Source of the DNA: Candidatus Saccharimonadota bacterium
Lineage (GTDB): Bacteria > Patescibacteriota > Saccharimonadia > Saccharimonadales > UBA4665
DNA: 32,000 bases
Reading direction: 5' to 3'
NCBI GenBank assembly: GCA_016699955.1
Contig: CP064993.1
Location: 210,001 to 242,000 of the forward strand
Each line of letters starts with the position of its first letter. Position 1 is the first letter of the stretch. Positions 1-8,258 of the stretch are shown here, piece after piece. The notes under the pieces were generated by a model. It did no database searches and had not been told where the DNA came from. It saw only the letters and a program-made list of their open reading frames with translations. Made by a program: the position numbers and the translations under genes.

Positions 1-777
1 AGAGAAAAGGACAGTAGGTTCGGCCATATGCGCAGACGGTGTGGTAATGCCAGAGGCTTCAGCAAAGTCGCGGTAAAAGGCGGCCGAAACTACTTTGTAG
101 CGTGAGCCATTGATCTGCTTGTAGCCATGTACGCAAACGCCCTCTACGATCATACTCGAGACTGTTTCGATTATGCTATAGCCGCCCACGGCACTCGGTA
201 GACTACGTTCCGCATAGTCTACGGCCATCCCGCTGCCAGATATATTGTGCCAGTCTGTGTTGTAGCTGCTTAGTGCTGGCATAGTATTTTGCGGCTCAAG
301 GCAGCCGACACCTCGCCCGACTGTGGTCGACCAATCGTCACTGGCTCCGCCCACGCTCACAAACGGGTTATCTGCAAACCTTATAAGTTGCCGGCTGCCG
401 GTATCGCCGCTGCCAATTTTGGCGTCTGCCAGCGTAGCTACGCCCCAACTACTGGGATAGCAAAATGTTACGCCAACCGACTTGTCTGCGTAGCGTTTCA
501 ACCCGCTTGCACAAGCAGCTGACTCGGCAGTGTCCTGTGGGGCTGGTTTCGTCTGGGATGATGATTTATCAGGGGTGTTGTTTGTCTGGGATTGTTTATA
601 CGGCGCAGGCGCACTGCCTTTTCGAGCGCCCAATATGAAACCATAAAATAACATGCTACCGAGCAAAACCAAACCAAAGAGTACATACAGCCATTTTTTT
701 GGTAACTTTGGGGAAGGTTTTGACTCTCCGACAGATGTCGGTTCGGCTGAAACACTCTTTGTTTCTTCTTCTTTCAT
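1..777 (-). CDS. hypothetical exported/membrane-anchored protein; 3' end runs off the window (absent from the supplied ORF track)
   Basis: Hand translation of the minus strand from the ATG at 777 gives 259 sense codons with no stop down to position 1 (MKEEETKSVSAEPTSVGESKPSPKLPKKWLYVLFGLVLLGSMLFYGFILGARKG...). The product has one N-terminal hydrophobic helix, then a Ser/Thr/Gln linker and a Cys-containing globular part. A GGAGAG Shine-Dalgarno (plus-strand 784-789) lies 6 nt upstream. Track ORFs 289..522(+) and 498..755(-) are out-of-frame shadows of this gene. Confidence 0.6.
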   Translation of the reverse strand, partial: MKEEETKSVSAEPTSVGESKPSPKLPKKWLYVLFGLVLLGSMLFYGFILGARKGSAPAPYKQSQTNNTPDKSSSQTKPAPQDTAESAACASGLKRYADKSVGVTFCYPSSWGVATLADAKIGSGDTGSRQLIRFADNPFVSVGGASDDWSTTVGRGVGCLEPQNTMPALSSYNTDWHNISGSGMAVDYAERSLPSAVGGYSIIETVSSMIVEGVCVHGYKQINGSRYKVVSAAFYRDFAEASGITTPSAHMAEPTVLFS

Positions 778-890
778 CGTTTGCTCTCCATGGTTAGGTA
801 TGTTTATAGTACACTGCCAAATAAAAAATCGACAGACATAACTTTCGAGAGCTCGATTCGGTGGTGTTATAATTTAGTCGTTGCAGTTTA

Positions 891-967
891 CGGGGTGTAG
901 CGCAGCTTGGTAGCGCGCGTCGTTCGGGACGACGAGGTCGTGGGTTCAAATCCCGCCACCCCGACCA
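891..967 (+). tRNA. tRNA-Pro (anticodon CGG), CCA encoded
   Basis: A 77-nt cloverleaf folded by hand. Acceptor CGGGGTG/CACCCCG, D arm GCGC-AGCTTGGTA-GCGC, anticodon arm CGTCG-TTCGGGA-CGACG, variable AGGTC, T arm GTGGG-TTCAAAT-CCCGC, discriminator A plus CCA. Confidence 0.9.
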
Positions 968-1011
968 TTTGTTTTGTCGGGTCATTGCTATGCAGTATAA
1001 TCATTTATGAT

Positions 1012-1088
1012 CGGGGAGTGGCGCAGTCCGGTAGCGCACGCGGTTTGGGACCGCGGGGTCGCAGGTTCAAATCCTGTCTCCCCGACCA
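1012..1088 (+). tRNA. tRNA-Pro (anticodon TGG), CCA encoded
   Basis: A 77-nt cloverleaf folded by hand. Acceptor CGGGGAG/CTCCCCG, D arm GCGC-AGTCCGGTA-GCGC, anticodon arm CGCGG-TTTGGGA-CCGCG, variable GGGTC, T arm GCAGG-TTCAAAT-CCTGT, discriminator A plus CCA. It lies 44 nt downstream of the first tRNA-Pro. Confidence 0.9.
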
Positions 1089-1164
1089 GCATATTACCAC
1101 CTCTGTTTTACGGGGGTGTTTTTTATTACGTTCAAGGTGGATTGAGCGGCATCAAAACGCCGAT

Positions 1165-2205
1165 TTATGAAACGTATAAATCTTGTCCAGTAATGGGCTG
1201 TGAAAGCAGTCGTTGAAAGAATTGTAAGTCTTCTATTGTAGGTTCAGGTGTGGGATAGAGTTTTTCTGCCAGCTTGGGCGGAATGCCGTCTTCAATTACA
1301 TTAAGCATTGTAACGACTGTTTCTTTACCATTTACCCGTGTAACGGCAGGTTCATCAAACATTTTGACCGATGATTTTCGTGTAATACTTCTTATCCTAC
1401 CGTCGGCTTCCTTTACTATTTCCAGCTCTTGCTCAAATATACCGTCAAGAACACCATTAGGGTCGTAGTCCACTGGTTCAACATGTCGCTTTAGTGTTAC
1501 CCAAGTTTTACTCGGTTCACCATTTGGGTGTGAGCGGTCTAATACTCGTACTTTCAAGTCAAATTGTCCCCCCTGTACTACGTTACGCCTACGAGAATGG
1601 GCTGCAAATGTTTTTTCAGCAACTTCAACAGTATACTGTTCGCCATTAAAGTCGGACTGGGTTGCTATACCTAATTGAAAAGCGTCAGTTACGCTAAGTC
1701 CATCAGCGCCTGACTGATACTCAGGGTTTCCAGCAAATATAGCGTCGACAACAGCTTTTGCTTCCTCTTCATCAATTCTTATTTGTCCGCCGTATTCACT
1801 AGCACTTGCAGTGCTGCCGAAGTCACTGACTTCGCCTGTTCGGGGATCTACCCTCAAACCAAGACTAAAAGATTTATGGATCGTATCTTGTGGGGAAATC
1901 CAAATATTAACCATTGAAGCCCACTCACCATATCTATACCGTGCCTGAACAGTTACAGGTACTCCCGCCGCAAAGGTTGTTAGGGCAGCCAATCGTTCTG
2001 GTAATTGGGGAGCATTTGTGTCCCATTTAACGGCAAAAAGATTTTCGTCATTGATTGGCTTAATCAGCTGACCATTATTACCTCTTTCAGAGGTGGCACG
2101 GTCTAATGAACCGTGAACAATATCTAAGAAATCACGAACTTCTTTTTCGTGTTCAGCCAAAAAGTCATTGTTTGCTTCAGATGAAGCAGAACCAAGTTCA
2201 CTCAT
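1165..2205 (-). CDS. hypothetical cytoplasmic protein (orphan, no recognisable motif)
   Basis: A 346-aa uninterrupted ORF. The product is acidic and has no signal peptide or TM segment. The gene looks AT-richer than its neighbours by eye. It is convergent with the tRNA-Pro pair and is followed by the IS element. Confidence 0.55.
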   Translation of the reverse strand: MSELGSASSEANNDFLAEHEKEVRDFLDIVHGSLDRATSERGNNGQLIKPINDENLFAVKWDTNAPQLPERLAALTTFAAGVPVTVQARYRYGEWASMVNIWISPQDTIHKSFSLGLRVDPRTGEVSDFGSTASASEYGGQIRIDEEEAKAVVDAIFAGNPEYQSGADGLSVTDAFQLGIATQSDFNGEQYTVEVAEKTFAAHSRRRNVVQGGQFDLKVRVLDRSHPNGEPSKTWVTLKRHVEPVDYDPNGVLDGIFEQELEIVKEADGRIRSITRKSSVKMFDEPAVTRVNGKETVVTMLNVIEDGIPPKLAEKLYPTPEPTIEDLQFFQRLLSQPITGQDLYVS

Positions 2206-2244
2206 TATGTATATTACATACTATAGTATTTATTATATCAATAG

Positions 2245-2261
2245 CAACGACCGGAGACTAT
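2245..2261. repeat. left copy of the 17-bp direct repeat CAACGACCGGAGACTAT flanking the IS
   Basis: Exact 17/17 match to 3315..3331. It directly abuts the left inverted repeat of the IS. Confidence 0.85.
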
Positions 2262-3314
2262 ATTAACCTCCCATACATCTTGCACACTTTCATCACCTCA
2301 CTAAAGTAGAAAGGAGTGAAAGTGAGATACCGCAAGATGACAGAGAAACAATTGCTCGTGTATGGAGCACGGATTCGTTTAGGGTGGTTTCGTAAAGCCG
2401 AAGAACTCGGGAATGTTGCGGCAGCCTGCCGGTTCTACGGCATTCCTCGACGAACATATTACTACTGGCATAGTCGCTGGGTGAGTCAGGGCAAAGCCCT
2501 GACGAGCCTGTACGATATGCCTCGTACGCCAAAGAGCCACACTAATGACGCCGATGACGAGGTAGTGAGTCTCGTCGTGCAGCTTCGCCTTGGTCTTGGT
2601 TACGGCGAAAATGCTCTTGCGCATGTCCTCAGGCGGGATTACGGCGTCGCCACATCTGTGCACGGTGTCCACAACATCCTGAGCCGAGCAAAGTTACTAG
2701 AAGAGCGCAAAAAGAAGGTACGCAAAACCCGCCAGCTCAGTGACCGTGAGTATTACCCGGGCGAAGTCGGACAGATGGATGTCAAACATTGGAAGCGCAA
2801 AGGCTACCAGTATGACATCGTCGACTGTGCTACGAGGATAAAATACAAACGGATCTATCCTGGATGCGACCCTGCGACAACGGTAGATTTTCTTGAGCAT
2901 GCGGTCAGGTTCTTTGACCCAGCTTTCAGGTTCAAAGGGATTCAGACCGACAATGGCACAGAGTTCACCTACGACCATTTGCCGCAAGTGAGACCGGAAA
3001 CAGAGTGCCCGACTGTCCGGTGGCTCAGAGAACATGGGATTGAGCACCTCCGCATCCCGCCGTCATCGCCACATCTCAACGGTCGAGTCGAGCGACCGCA
3101 CGGAGTAGACAAGGATAGATACAAACGGCTAACAACGAATTCGCACACACTTGTCGAATTAAGAGAGTTTTGTAACGAAGATTGTCTCGACTACAACTTT
3201 TACCGACCGCATAGTATGCTAGACATGATGACACCGATTGAATACCTGCAAAGCTTGAAGGGTTACGAGCAGGCGACGGTGGATACTAGTGTGCTAGATG
3301 TTCGGTAGGTGGAC
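2262..3314 (+). mobile_element. IS481-like insertion sequence (1053 bp, single DDE transposase ORF)
   Basis: The imperfect terminal inverted repeats match at 20 of 27 positions: left 2262- ATTAACCTCCCATACATCTTGCACACT, right (reverse complement from 3314) GTCCACCTACCGAACATCTAGCACACT. Both begin directly next to the 17-bp direct repeat. The single ORF fills the element. Confidence 0.75.
2316..3308 (+). CDS. DDE (rve/integrase-core) transposase, IS481-family-like
   Basis: N-terminal HTH-like region (GIPRRTYYYWHSRW). Catalytic-triad context: GQMDVKHW, IQTDNGTEF, PHLNGRVERPHG. It is a single unframeshifted ORF of about 330 aa. The likely true start is the GTG at 2322 (AAGGAG at 2311-2316) or the ATG at 2337. 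Confidence 0.85.
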   Translation: MKVRYRKMTEKQLLVYGARIRLGWFRKAEELGNVAAACRFYGIPRRTYYYWHSRWVSQGKALTSLYDMPRTPKSHTNDADDEVVSLVVQLRLGLGYGENALAHVLRRDYGVATSVHGVHNILSRAKLLEERKKKVRKTRQLSDREYYPGEVGQMDVKHWKRKGYQYDIVDCATRIKYKRIYPGCDPATTVDFLEHAVRFFDPAFRFKGIQTDNGTEFTYDHLPQVRPETECPTVRWLREHGIEHLRIPPSSPHLNGRVERPHGVDKDRYKRLTTNSHTLVELREFCNEDCLDYNFYRPHSMLDMMTPIEYLQSLKGYEQATVDTSVLDVR

Positions 3315-3331
3315 CAACGACCGGAGACTAT
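3315..3331. repeat. right copy of the 17-bp direct repeat CAACGACCGGAGACTAT
   Basis: Exact match to 2245..2261. It directly abuts the right inverted repeat. Confidence 0.85.
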
Positions 3332-3359
3332 CCCCACACAGCAAGTACATAGGTTCTGA

Positions 3360-3745
3360 ATGATTAGGCGTATAATTCAGCGCATGGGTCAATGCTTAAA
3401 GGCAAGGTCTGTTCTAGAGTATGTACGCGATAAAAGCATGGGTTCATATGCTCCAACTTCGCCAGACACGATTGCAACTAGCTTAAAAAGCTGACGACGG
3501 ATGATGTACGCGAAGTTTTTGAACTAGCTATTGACTGTGGTTTTTTTAATCTCCCTCAAGAGCAAGGTGAATACCATGTGCTCGGTGCTAAAGGCAAGCG
3601 ATTCCTGAAAAAACACTGGATATTTCCGACTGGGGTGTTTAAACAGTATGCCAATGATAATCAATGGCTAACTGGTCTATTCAGCGGTTCAGTAGGGGCG
3701 ATACTCATTCTAATATTAAGGTGGGTATTTGCTGGAGAACTATGA
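3360..3745 (+). pseudogene. possible frameshifted small ORF (about 130 aa if repaired, C-terminal TM helix)
   Basis: ORF 3360..3494 (MIRRIIQRMGQCLKARSVLEYVRDKSMGSYAPTSPDTIATSLKS*) stops just after an A5 run (3485-3489). The -1 frame is open from 3482 to the TGA at 3743-3745 (LKKLTTDDVREVFELAIDCGFFNLPQEQGEYHVLGAKGKRFLKKHWIFPTGVFKQYANDNQWLTGLFSGSVGAILILILRWVFAGEL) but has no start codon of its own. One extra A would fuse the two frames. Confidence 0.35.
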
Positions 3746-3897
3746 GCAAGAAACTATTCAACCAACTGAAGGCACAGACATCACTTCCTGTACTTTGAGT
3801 TGCCGTTTATCTTTCTATCTCACATCAGTATTCTACTAGCTCCACTTAGGTAAACCGATCTCGGGGAATACTTTTGTGGGTGGGGAGTGTTGGGGTA

Positions 3898-4512
3898 CTA
3901 TTCAACGCTGGCTTTAGGCGCACCCCAGCGCTGAGCGATGACAATTTGCAATGTAAAAGCAGCCACTGAAACACCACACATCAGGGCAAAGCCTAGAGAG
4001 AGCAGCTGTGATTCTATGCTCGAGCTATGGAATCGACTTACAAACACAACAACCAGTGGCACACTCGCCGCTCCAAATTTAACCCAAAACTGGACGCGTT
4101 CGGTAAGCAAATTGCGTTTGCGAGCCGGAATTTTTTCTAGTGGCTTGTGGGCAATAATGGGCACCGTTTTTTCTGTGGCAACATGCACAACCTTGCGGGC
4201 GGATTTTGTTGCGCCCGGAATGTATTTTGCAAACACCACGTAAACGAGCAGTACAAAGACTGCGAGACCGAGCGCTACAAATATGACGGTCATAAGCAGC
4301 GAAGGCTCGAGAGGCACGGCTTCAACGGGCGGTACTTCCACGGGCTTCGGCTCAGACTTTGGAAATATAGTCTCGCCTATTTCTGAGTCAATAATCCTTG
4401 GGAGATACAGTGCGAGCAACCAAAACCACTCCATAAACAGCGTAAAATACCCTACCCCGCCAAGCACTTTTAAGACCGTCCGTTGGAACTTTTTTGGTTT
4501 TGCCATTACCAT
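3898..4512 (-). CDS. hypothetical integral membrane protein (about 4 TM helices)
   Basis: A 204-aa ORF with hydrophobic segments (GGVGYFTLFMEWFWLLALYL, LLMTVIFVALGLAVFVLLVYVVF, FGAASVPLVVVFV, LLSLGFALMCGVSVAAFTLQIVI). Its start overlaps the ymdB stop, which suggests translational coupling. Confidence 0.7.
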   Translation of the reverse strand: MVMAKPKKFQRTVLKVLGGVGYFTLFMEWFWLLALYLPRIIDSEIGETIFPKSEPKPVEVPPVEAVPLEPSLLMTVIFVALGLAVFVLLVYVVFAKYIPGATKSARKVVHVATEKTVPIIAHKPLEKIPARKRNLLTERVQFWVKFGAASVPLVVVFVSRFHSSSIESQLLSLGFALMCGVSVAAFTLQIVIAQRWGAPKASVE

Positions 4513-5300
4513 ACCTCGCGGATATGGCGAACCGACTGAGCACGGCTAGTGGCTTCATTAACCTCGATAAGTAAGGCATTGAACTGCATGCGGCCGGATG
4601 TTTCAAGCTTGTTACGAGTTTGGTAGTTGTCTCGCCAGCGGGGTATGATGCTGCCAAAAGTCACACCTAGGCTCGAATCAAGTGAGCCGCACATGCCAAT
4701 ATCGGTCATGTGTGCTGTCCCTTTTGGTAGCACCTGAGCATCCGCGGTTGGCACATGCCAGTGATCGCCAATGACGACACTCATGCGGCCATCGAGATAA
4801 TGGCCAAACACAATTTTTTCGCTACTAAAATCACCGTGAATGTTTACAACGCTCGCAACGTACGATTCGCGCGTAACGATGTTTAAAATTTCATCGATTT
4901 TTTTGAGTGGATTTTCCGTCTCAATGTCTGCCTGCTTACCGACAATACTGCCGAGAATACTAACAACTAGTACCCCGCCTTTTGACGTCTCGACCAGCTT
5001 GTAGCCAGGCCCCGGGCAGCCAACCATATTGGCTGGGCCAACGACTGGTTCGGCCGGATTTTCTAAAAATGAAGTTAAACTCAACAGATGTGGCGTATGG
5101 TTCCCGCCTGAAAATGCCTGCACACCAGCTGACTGCAAGCGCTGCATGTCTTGTGGGTTCATCCCCTTTCCGTCCGTCACATTTTCGGCCTGTGCGACTA
5201 CAAAATCTAGAGCTTCGGCGGCAATAAGACCTGGCAGTACTTTTTCAACCGCCTGCATACCCTGCTCGGCCATCACATCACCAATGTAAAGCAATTTCAT
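4506..5300 (-). CDS. ymdB: YmdB-family metallophosphoesterase (2',3'-cyclic-nucleotide phosphodiesterase-like)
   Basis: Collinear with my recollection of B. subtilis YmdB: MKLLYIGDV..., AENVTDGKG, GGNHT, VNIHGDFSSEK, GDHWHVPTAD, LPKGTAHMTDIGMCG. Confidence 0.85.
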   Translation of the reverse strand: MKLLYIGDVMAEQGMQAVEKVLPGLIAAEALDFVVAQAENVTDGKGMNPQDMQRLQSAGVQAFSGGNHTPHLLSLTSFLENPAEPVVGPANMVGCPGPGYKLVETSKGGVLVVSILGSIVGKQADIETENPLKKIDEILNIVTRESYVASVVNIHGDFSSEKIVFGHYLDGRMSVVIGDHWHVPTADAQVLPKGTAHMTDIGMCGSLDSSLGVTFGSIIPRWRDNYQTRNKLETSGRMQFNALLIEVNEATSRAQSVRHIREVW

Positions 5301-5530
5301 GGTATCAGTATTACACGTGGACTCCCAAAGTCACAACTCACTTGATAGCCCTCAGGCAATGCGCGAAAACCCCACCCCGAAGTAACGAAATGGTCAGTAT
5401 TGCATACAGTTTGCATAATATACATTATAGTGATTATTACAACTTTTTGTTGTAAAATAACAATATTGCAACCAATTGTCTTGAGGAGTATTAGTAAGAG
5501 TGGGCACAAATTTAATGTTTGGGGGGTAGC

Positions 5531-7600
5531 ATGATTAGTCAAAGAATCCAACTTGTAAAAACACAGATAGAACGTGTTAAAAAAAGGCTATACCGTCAAT
5601 CGATTCTCTTTCGGGCATTGTCCGTCTTAGTAGTTCTGGCATTGGTTATACCAATGAATATGCTAGGGCAAGTCAGGGCTGTATCAGATTTGGCTCCGCC
5701 AACTCTTGTTGCAGCGAGTATAACCTCTGGGGCTACGATGAATACCGAGAATACGACATACCAAGGCTACAATGAGCTACTAGTGAACGTCCAAGCCAAC
5801 GACGATTTATCCGGTAGCCAAGCACCCCTCATCGTATACACCTCGCCTTCCGGAAACCAGACTGCCAGCGGGGGCTCAAACGGCGTAGACGCCTCCGAGT
5901 GGATTTCGATAACAAGCTTCCCACAATACTCAGAAGCAGGCGTCTGGACGCCCACAATGTACCTAGAGGACTACTCAGGCAACAAAGTTACCTATACAGA
6001 TTCGCAGTTACAAGTTATGGGCATAAATATCGACGTAACACTGACCGGGCAAGGTGATACGACAAATCCGGAGCTCGTCAGTATCACGCGAATTGGTCCT
6101 GGGGAATTAGACGTAACCGGCTACATCCCATCTACCAATTTCACCGTGCATATGACAGATAATGTTTCAGGCTTCGGTATCCCAACGCTCACCTATACTT
6201 CTCCCTCAGGTAATCAAGTAATGGCTCCGGCCGTTTGTAATATCATGGACGGGCATACATCAACCGTTGCGGACTATGATTGCGCAGCATACTTCAACCA
6301 ATATTCGGAGACGGGCATATGGACACCTGACCTCTTTATAGCTGACGGAGCTGGCAATATAGTCCACCTGTCAAATAACGAACTACTCGCCCGTGGAATC
6401 GATGCCCGAGTATCTATTGTAGGAACAAGCGATACTACACCACCTACCTTGTCGGATGTTGATGTCACGTTTGCTAATCCTCCGGCAGATAACATACCGT
6501 TTGGGGGTGCTGTGATGACATTGACGGGAACAGTAACCGATAACCTCTCAGGTATCAACGGCACGTCATACATCGGGTACACCTCGCCGACAGGCAAAAC
6601 AGTGTACGGCTCATTGCATATTCCTGAAAATAACGGTGTATTCATTTCCGACGTTTTTTTGCCCTTGTACGCCGAAGGTGGCACTTGGCTGCCGACTATC
6701 TTCGTCCAAGACCCTGCTGGGAATCAGCGTACTTACTCAGTTAGTGACCTAGAGGCTCTTGGGTCGAACATTGCTATAACTGTGTCAAAAAATATCACAG
6801 AGAATGCCACGCCTGGCGGTACGGTAACCTCTGACTATGAAAATGACGGCGCTACATCAGCTAACCCTATCGAGGCTAGCGTCACTACACCAACAGGTGG
6901 ACCGGTATCCATCGTCATCGTACAGTCAGACGACATAAACAGCCCAACGAATAGCTACACGTTCTTTGACCGGCAACTGAATATCACGGCGCCTACCGAA
7001 ACTGTGGAGAGCCCACTGACTCTTAGTTTCACTATCGACTCGTCTGTGGTGCCTTCCGGTGAATCGGCAAGCACCTTACAAATAACCAGAAACGGCACGG
7101 TCGTATCAGAATGTACCGATCAGACGACTGCTACGCCGAACCCCTGTGTCTTCTCGCGTCAGACTCTGGGCGGAGGAGATATATTGGTCCAAATCCATTC
7201 TACGACCGCGAGTGCATGGGCGTCAGGGTTCCCAACACATACAAGCGACTACAATTTTGTTGGGTTCAGCGGCGGAACGAAAGATTACTCGAAAGTAAAT
7301 AAAGCTCAAGCAGGGCAAGTACTTTCGATAGAAATGAAAATCAAAGATGTGCCTCATGGTGTTACTGACATCTTAGCTGCCGGCGAACCGACATCCCAGC
7401 GAGTAAACTGCAGCACGCTTGCAACTATTGGCTCCCCGGAAGCTACACTATCGCCTAAGAATAGCGGCTTAGAAAGAATAGGTAAGAACAAGTTTGAGTA
7501 TGATTGGCGAACCGTTAAAAGTTGGGAAAACACGTGCCGCGTATTCAACGTTCAGCTCATAGATGGCAGCAGCCAGAAAGCACTGTTCAAGTTCCAATAA
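5531..7600 (+). CDS. secreted/anchored surface protein with three tandem ~120-aa Ig-like repeats and a Cys-containing C-terminal beta-domain
   Basis: Start placed at the ATG at 5531, with a GGGGGG run (5516-5526) upstream; the track start at 5519 is TTG. N-terminal hydrophobic anchor or signal (ALSVLVVLALVIPMNMLGQVRA). The repeats span 5687-6793 and share D-x-x-x-P-x-L ... D-(N/D)-(L/V)-SG ... YTSP(S/T)G ... (Q)YSE(A/T)G-W-(T/L)P ... D-x-(S/A)GN. The C-terminus (F-x-G-F ... N-K-A-Q-A-G ... C ... Y-D-W-R-T ... W-x-x-x-C-R ... L-x-D-G ... F-K-F) resembles a domain I recall from other secreted proteins. Confidence 0.8.
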   Translation: MISQRIQLVKTQIERVKKRLYRQSILFRALSVLVVLALVIPMNMLGQVRAVSDLAPPTLVAASITSGATMNTENTTYQGYNELLVNVQANDDLSGSQAPLIVYTSPSGNQTASGGSNGVDASEWISITSFPQYSEAGVWTPTMYLEDYSGNKVTYTDSQLQVMGINIDVTLTGQGDTTNPELVSITRIGPGELDVTGYIPSTNFTVHMTDNVSGFGIPTLTYTSPSGNQVMAPAVCNIMDGHTSTVADYDCAAYFNQYSETGIWTPDLFIADGAGNIVHLSNNELLARGIDARVSIVGTSDTTPPTLSDVDVTFANPPADNIPFGGAVMTLTGTVTDNLSGINGTSYIGYTSPTGKTVYGSLHIPENNGVFISDVFLPLYAEGGTWLPTIFVQDPAGNQRTYSVSDLEALGSNIAITVSKNITENATPGGTVTSDYENDGATSANPIEASVTTPTGGPVSIVIVQSDDINSPTNSYTFFDRQLNITAPTETVESPLTLSFTIDSSVVPSGESASTLQITRNGTVVSECTDQTTATPNPCVFSRQTLGGGDILVQIHSTTASAWASGFPTHTSDYNFVGFSGGTKDYSKVNKAQAGQVLSIEMKIKDVPHGVTDILAAGEPTSQRVNCSTLATIGSPEATLSPKNSGLERIGKNKFEYDWRTVKSWENTCRVFNVQLIDGSSQKALFKFQ

Positions 7601-7641
7601 ATACACAGATGCGGCTCAGCGTCTAACGCCAGCCGATAAAC

Positions 7642-7673
7642 ATCAGCGCCATCACCATAACGGTGGCGCTGAT
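7642..7673. terminator. hairpin between convergent genes (probable bidirectional terminator)
   Basis: ATCAGCGCCA (7642-7651) pairs perfectly with TGGCGCTGAT (7664-7673) across a 12-nt loop. It sits between the stop of 5531..7600(+) and the stop of 7714..8256(-), with T-rich sequence downstream on the plus strand. Confidence 0.6.
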
Positions 7674-7713
7674 TCATGCATACCTTTTAATACTTTTGTG
7701 TCCTTACGCACAT

Positions 7714-8256
7714 CTAACGAAGAATACGAAGGCTATCGAAGAAATCTCGCCATTCCTCATTGGTAAAGTTGACGGATGGTTTTGCAAATATAAGTGTGCC
7801 TGCTTTGTTTGCTACTGCAGATTGTCCCCCGTTTAATTCTTTGGGGCGAGTGAGAGCTACTGTCCCGAATCCTATCTGGAGCTCATCATATTCGTTGAGG
7901 GTGTTGAGCATCCTGCTGTACTGGGTTGGTACATCTGCGAATGCCCCTGGTGTAGGCTGTTCATTCAATACCACCTGTCGTCCAGTACTCGCTTGTAAGG
8001 CGTGGAGTGTCAGAACCCCGCTTTCTTTGTCGTAGCTGGTCCGATCTTTTTGCAGCTGCCACACTGTGTCTAACTTTGTTGTATCCCCTGGGTAGAAAAT
8101 AATGAAGTCAGCCTGATCGAGTATCTGTTGGCTTATAACCGTCCGACTTTCAGCCATCTGTTTAAGCACAAAGGCACCAGCAGCAACCACGATGACACTC
8201 AAGAGGAGAACTGTAAAGGTTACGACCAGGCGACGTCTCGTTTTTTTATAAGCCAT
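7714..8256 (-). CDS. small N-terminally anchored extracytoplasmic protein (partner of the upstream large exoprotein gene)
   Basis: A 180-aa ORF with basic residues followed by a TM helix (KKTRRRLVVTFTVLLLSVIVVAAGAFVL). Its ATG lies 2 nt after the stop of 8259..9947. The architecture matches 14859..15419. Confidence 0.7.
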   Translation of the reverse strand: MAYKKTRRRLVVTFTVLLLSVIVVAAGAFVLKQMAESRTVISQQILDQADFIIFYPGDTTKLDTVWQLQKDRTSYDKESGVLTLHALQASTGRQVVLNEQPTPGAFADVPTQYSRMLNTLNEYDELQIGFGTVALTRPKELNGGQSAVANKAGTLIFAKPSVNFTNEEWRDFFDSLRILR

Positions 8257-8258
8257 GC

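Noticed and set aside
907-1216. Track ORFs 907..1170(+), 1007..1216(+) and 794..985(-)
   Set aside because: They run across the two tRNA-Pro genes, so they are chance open frames.
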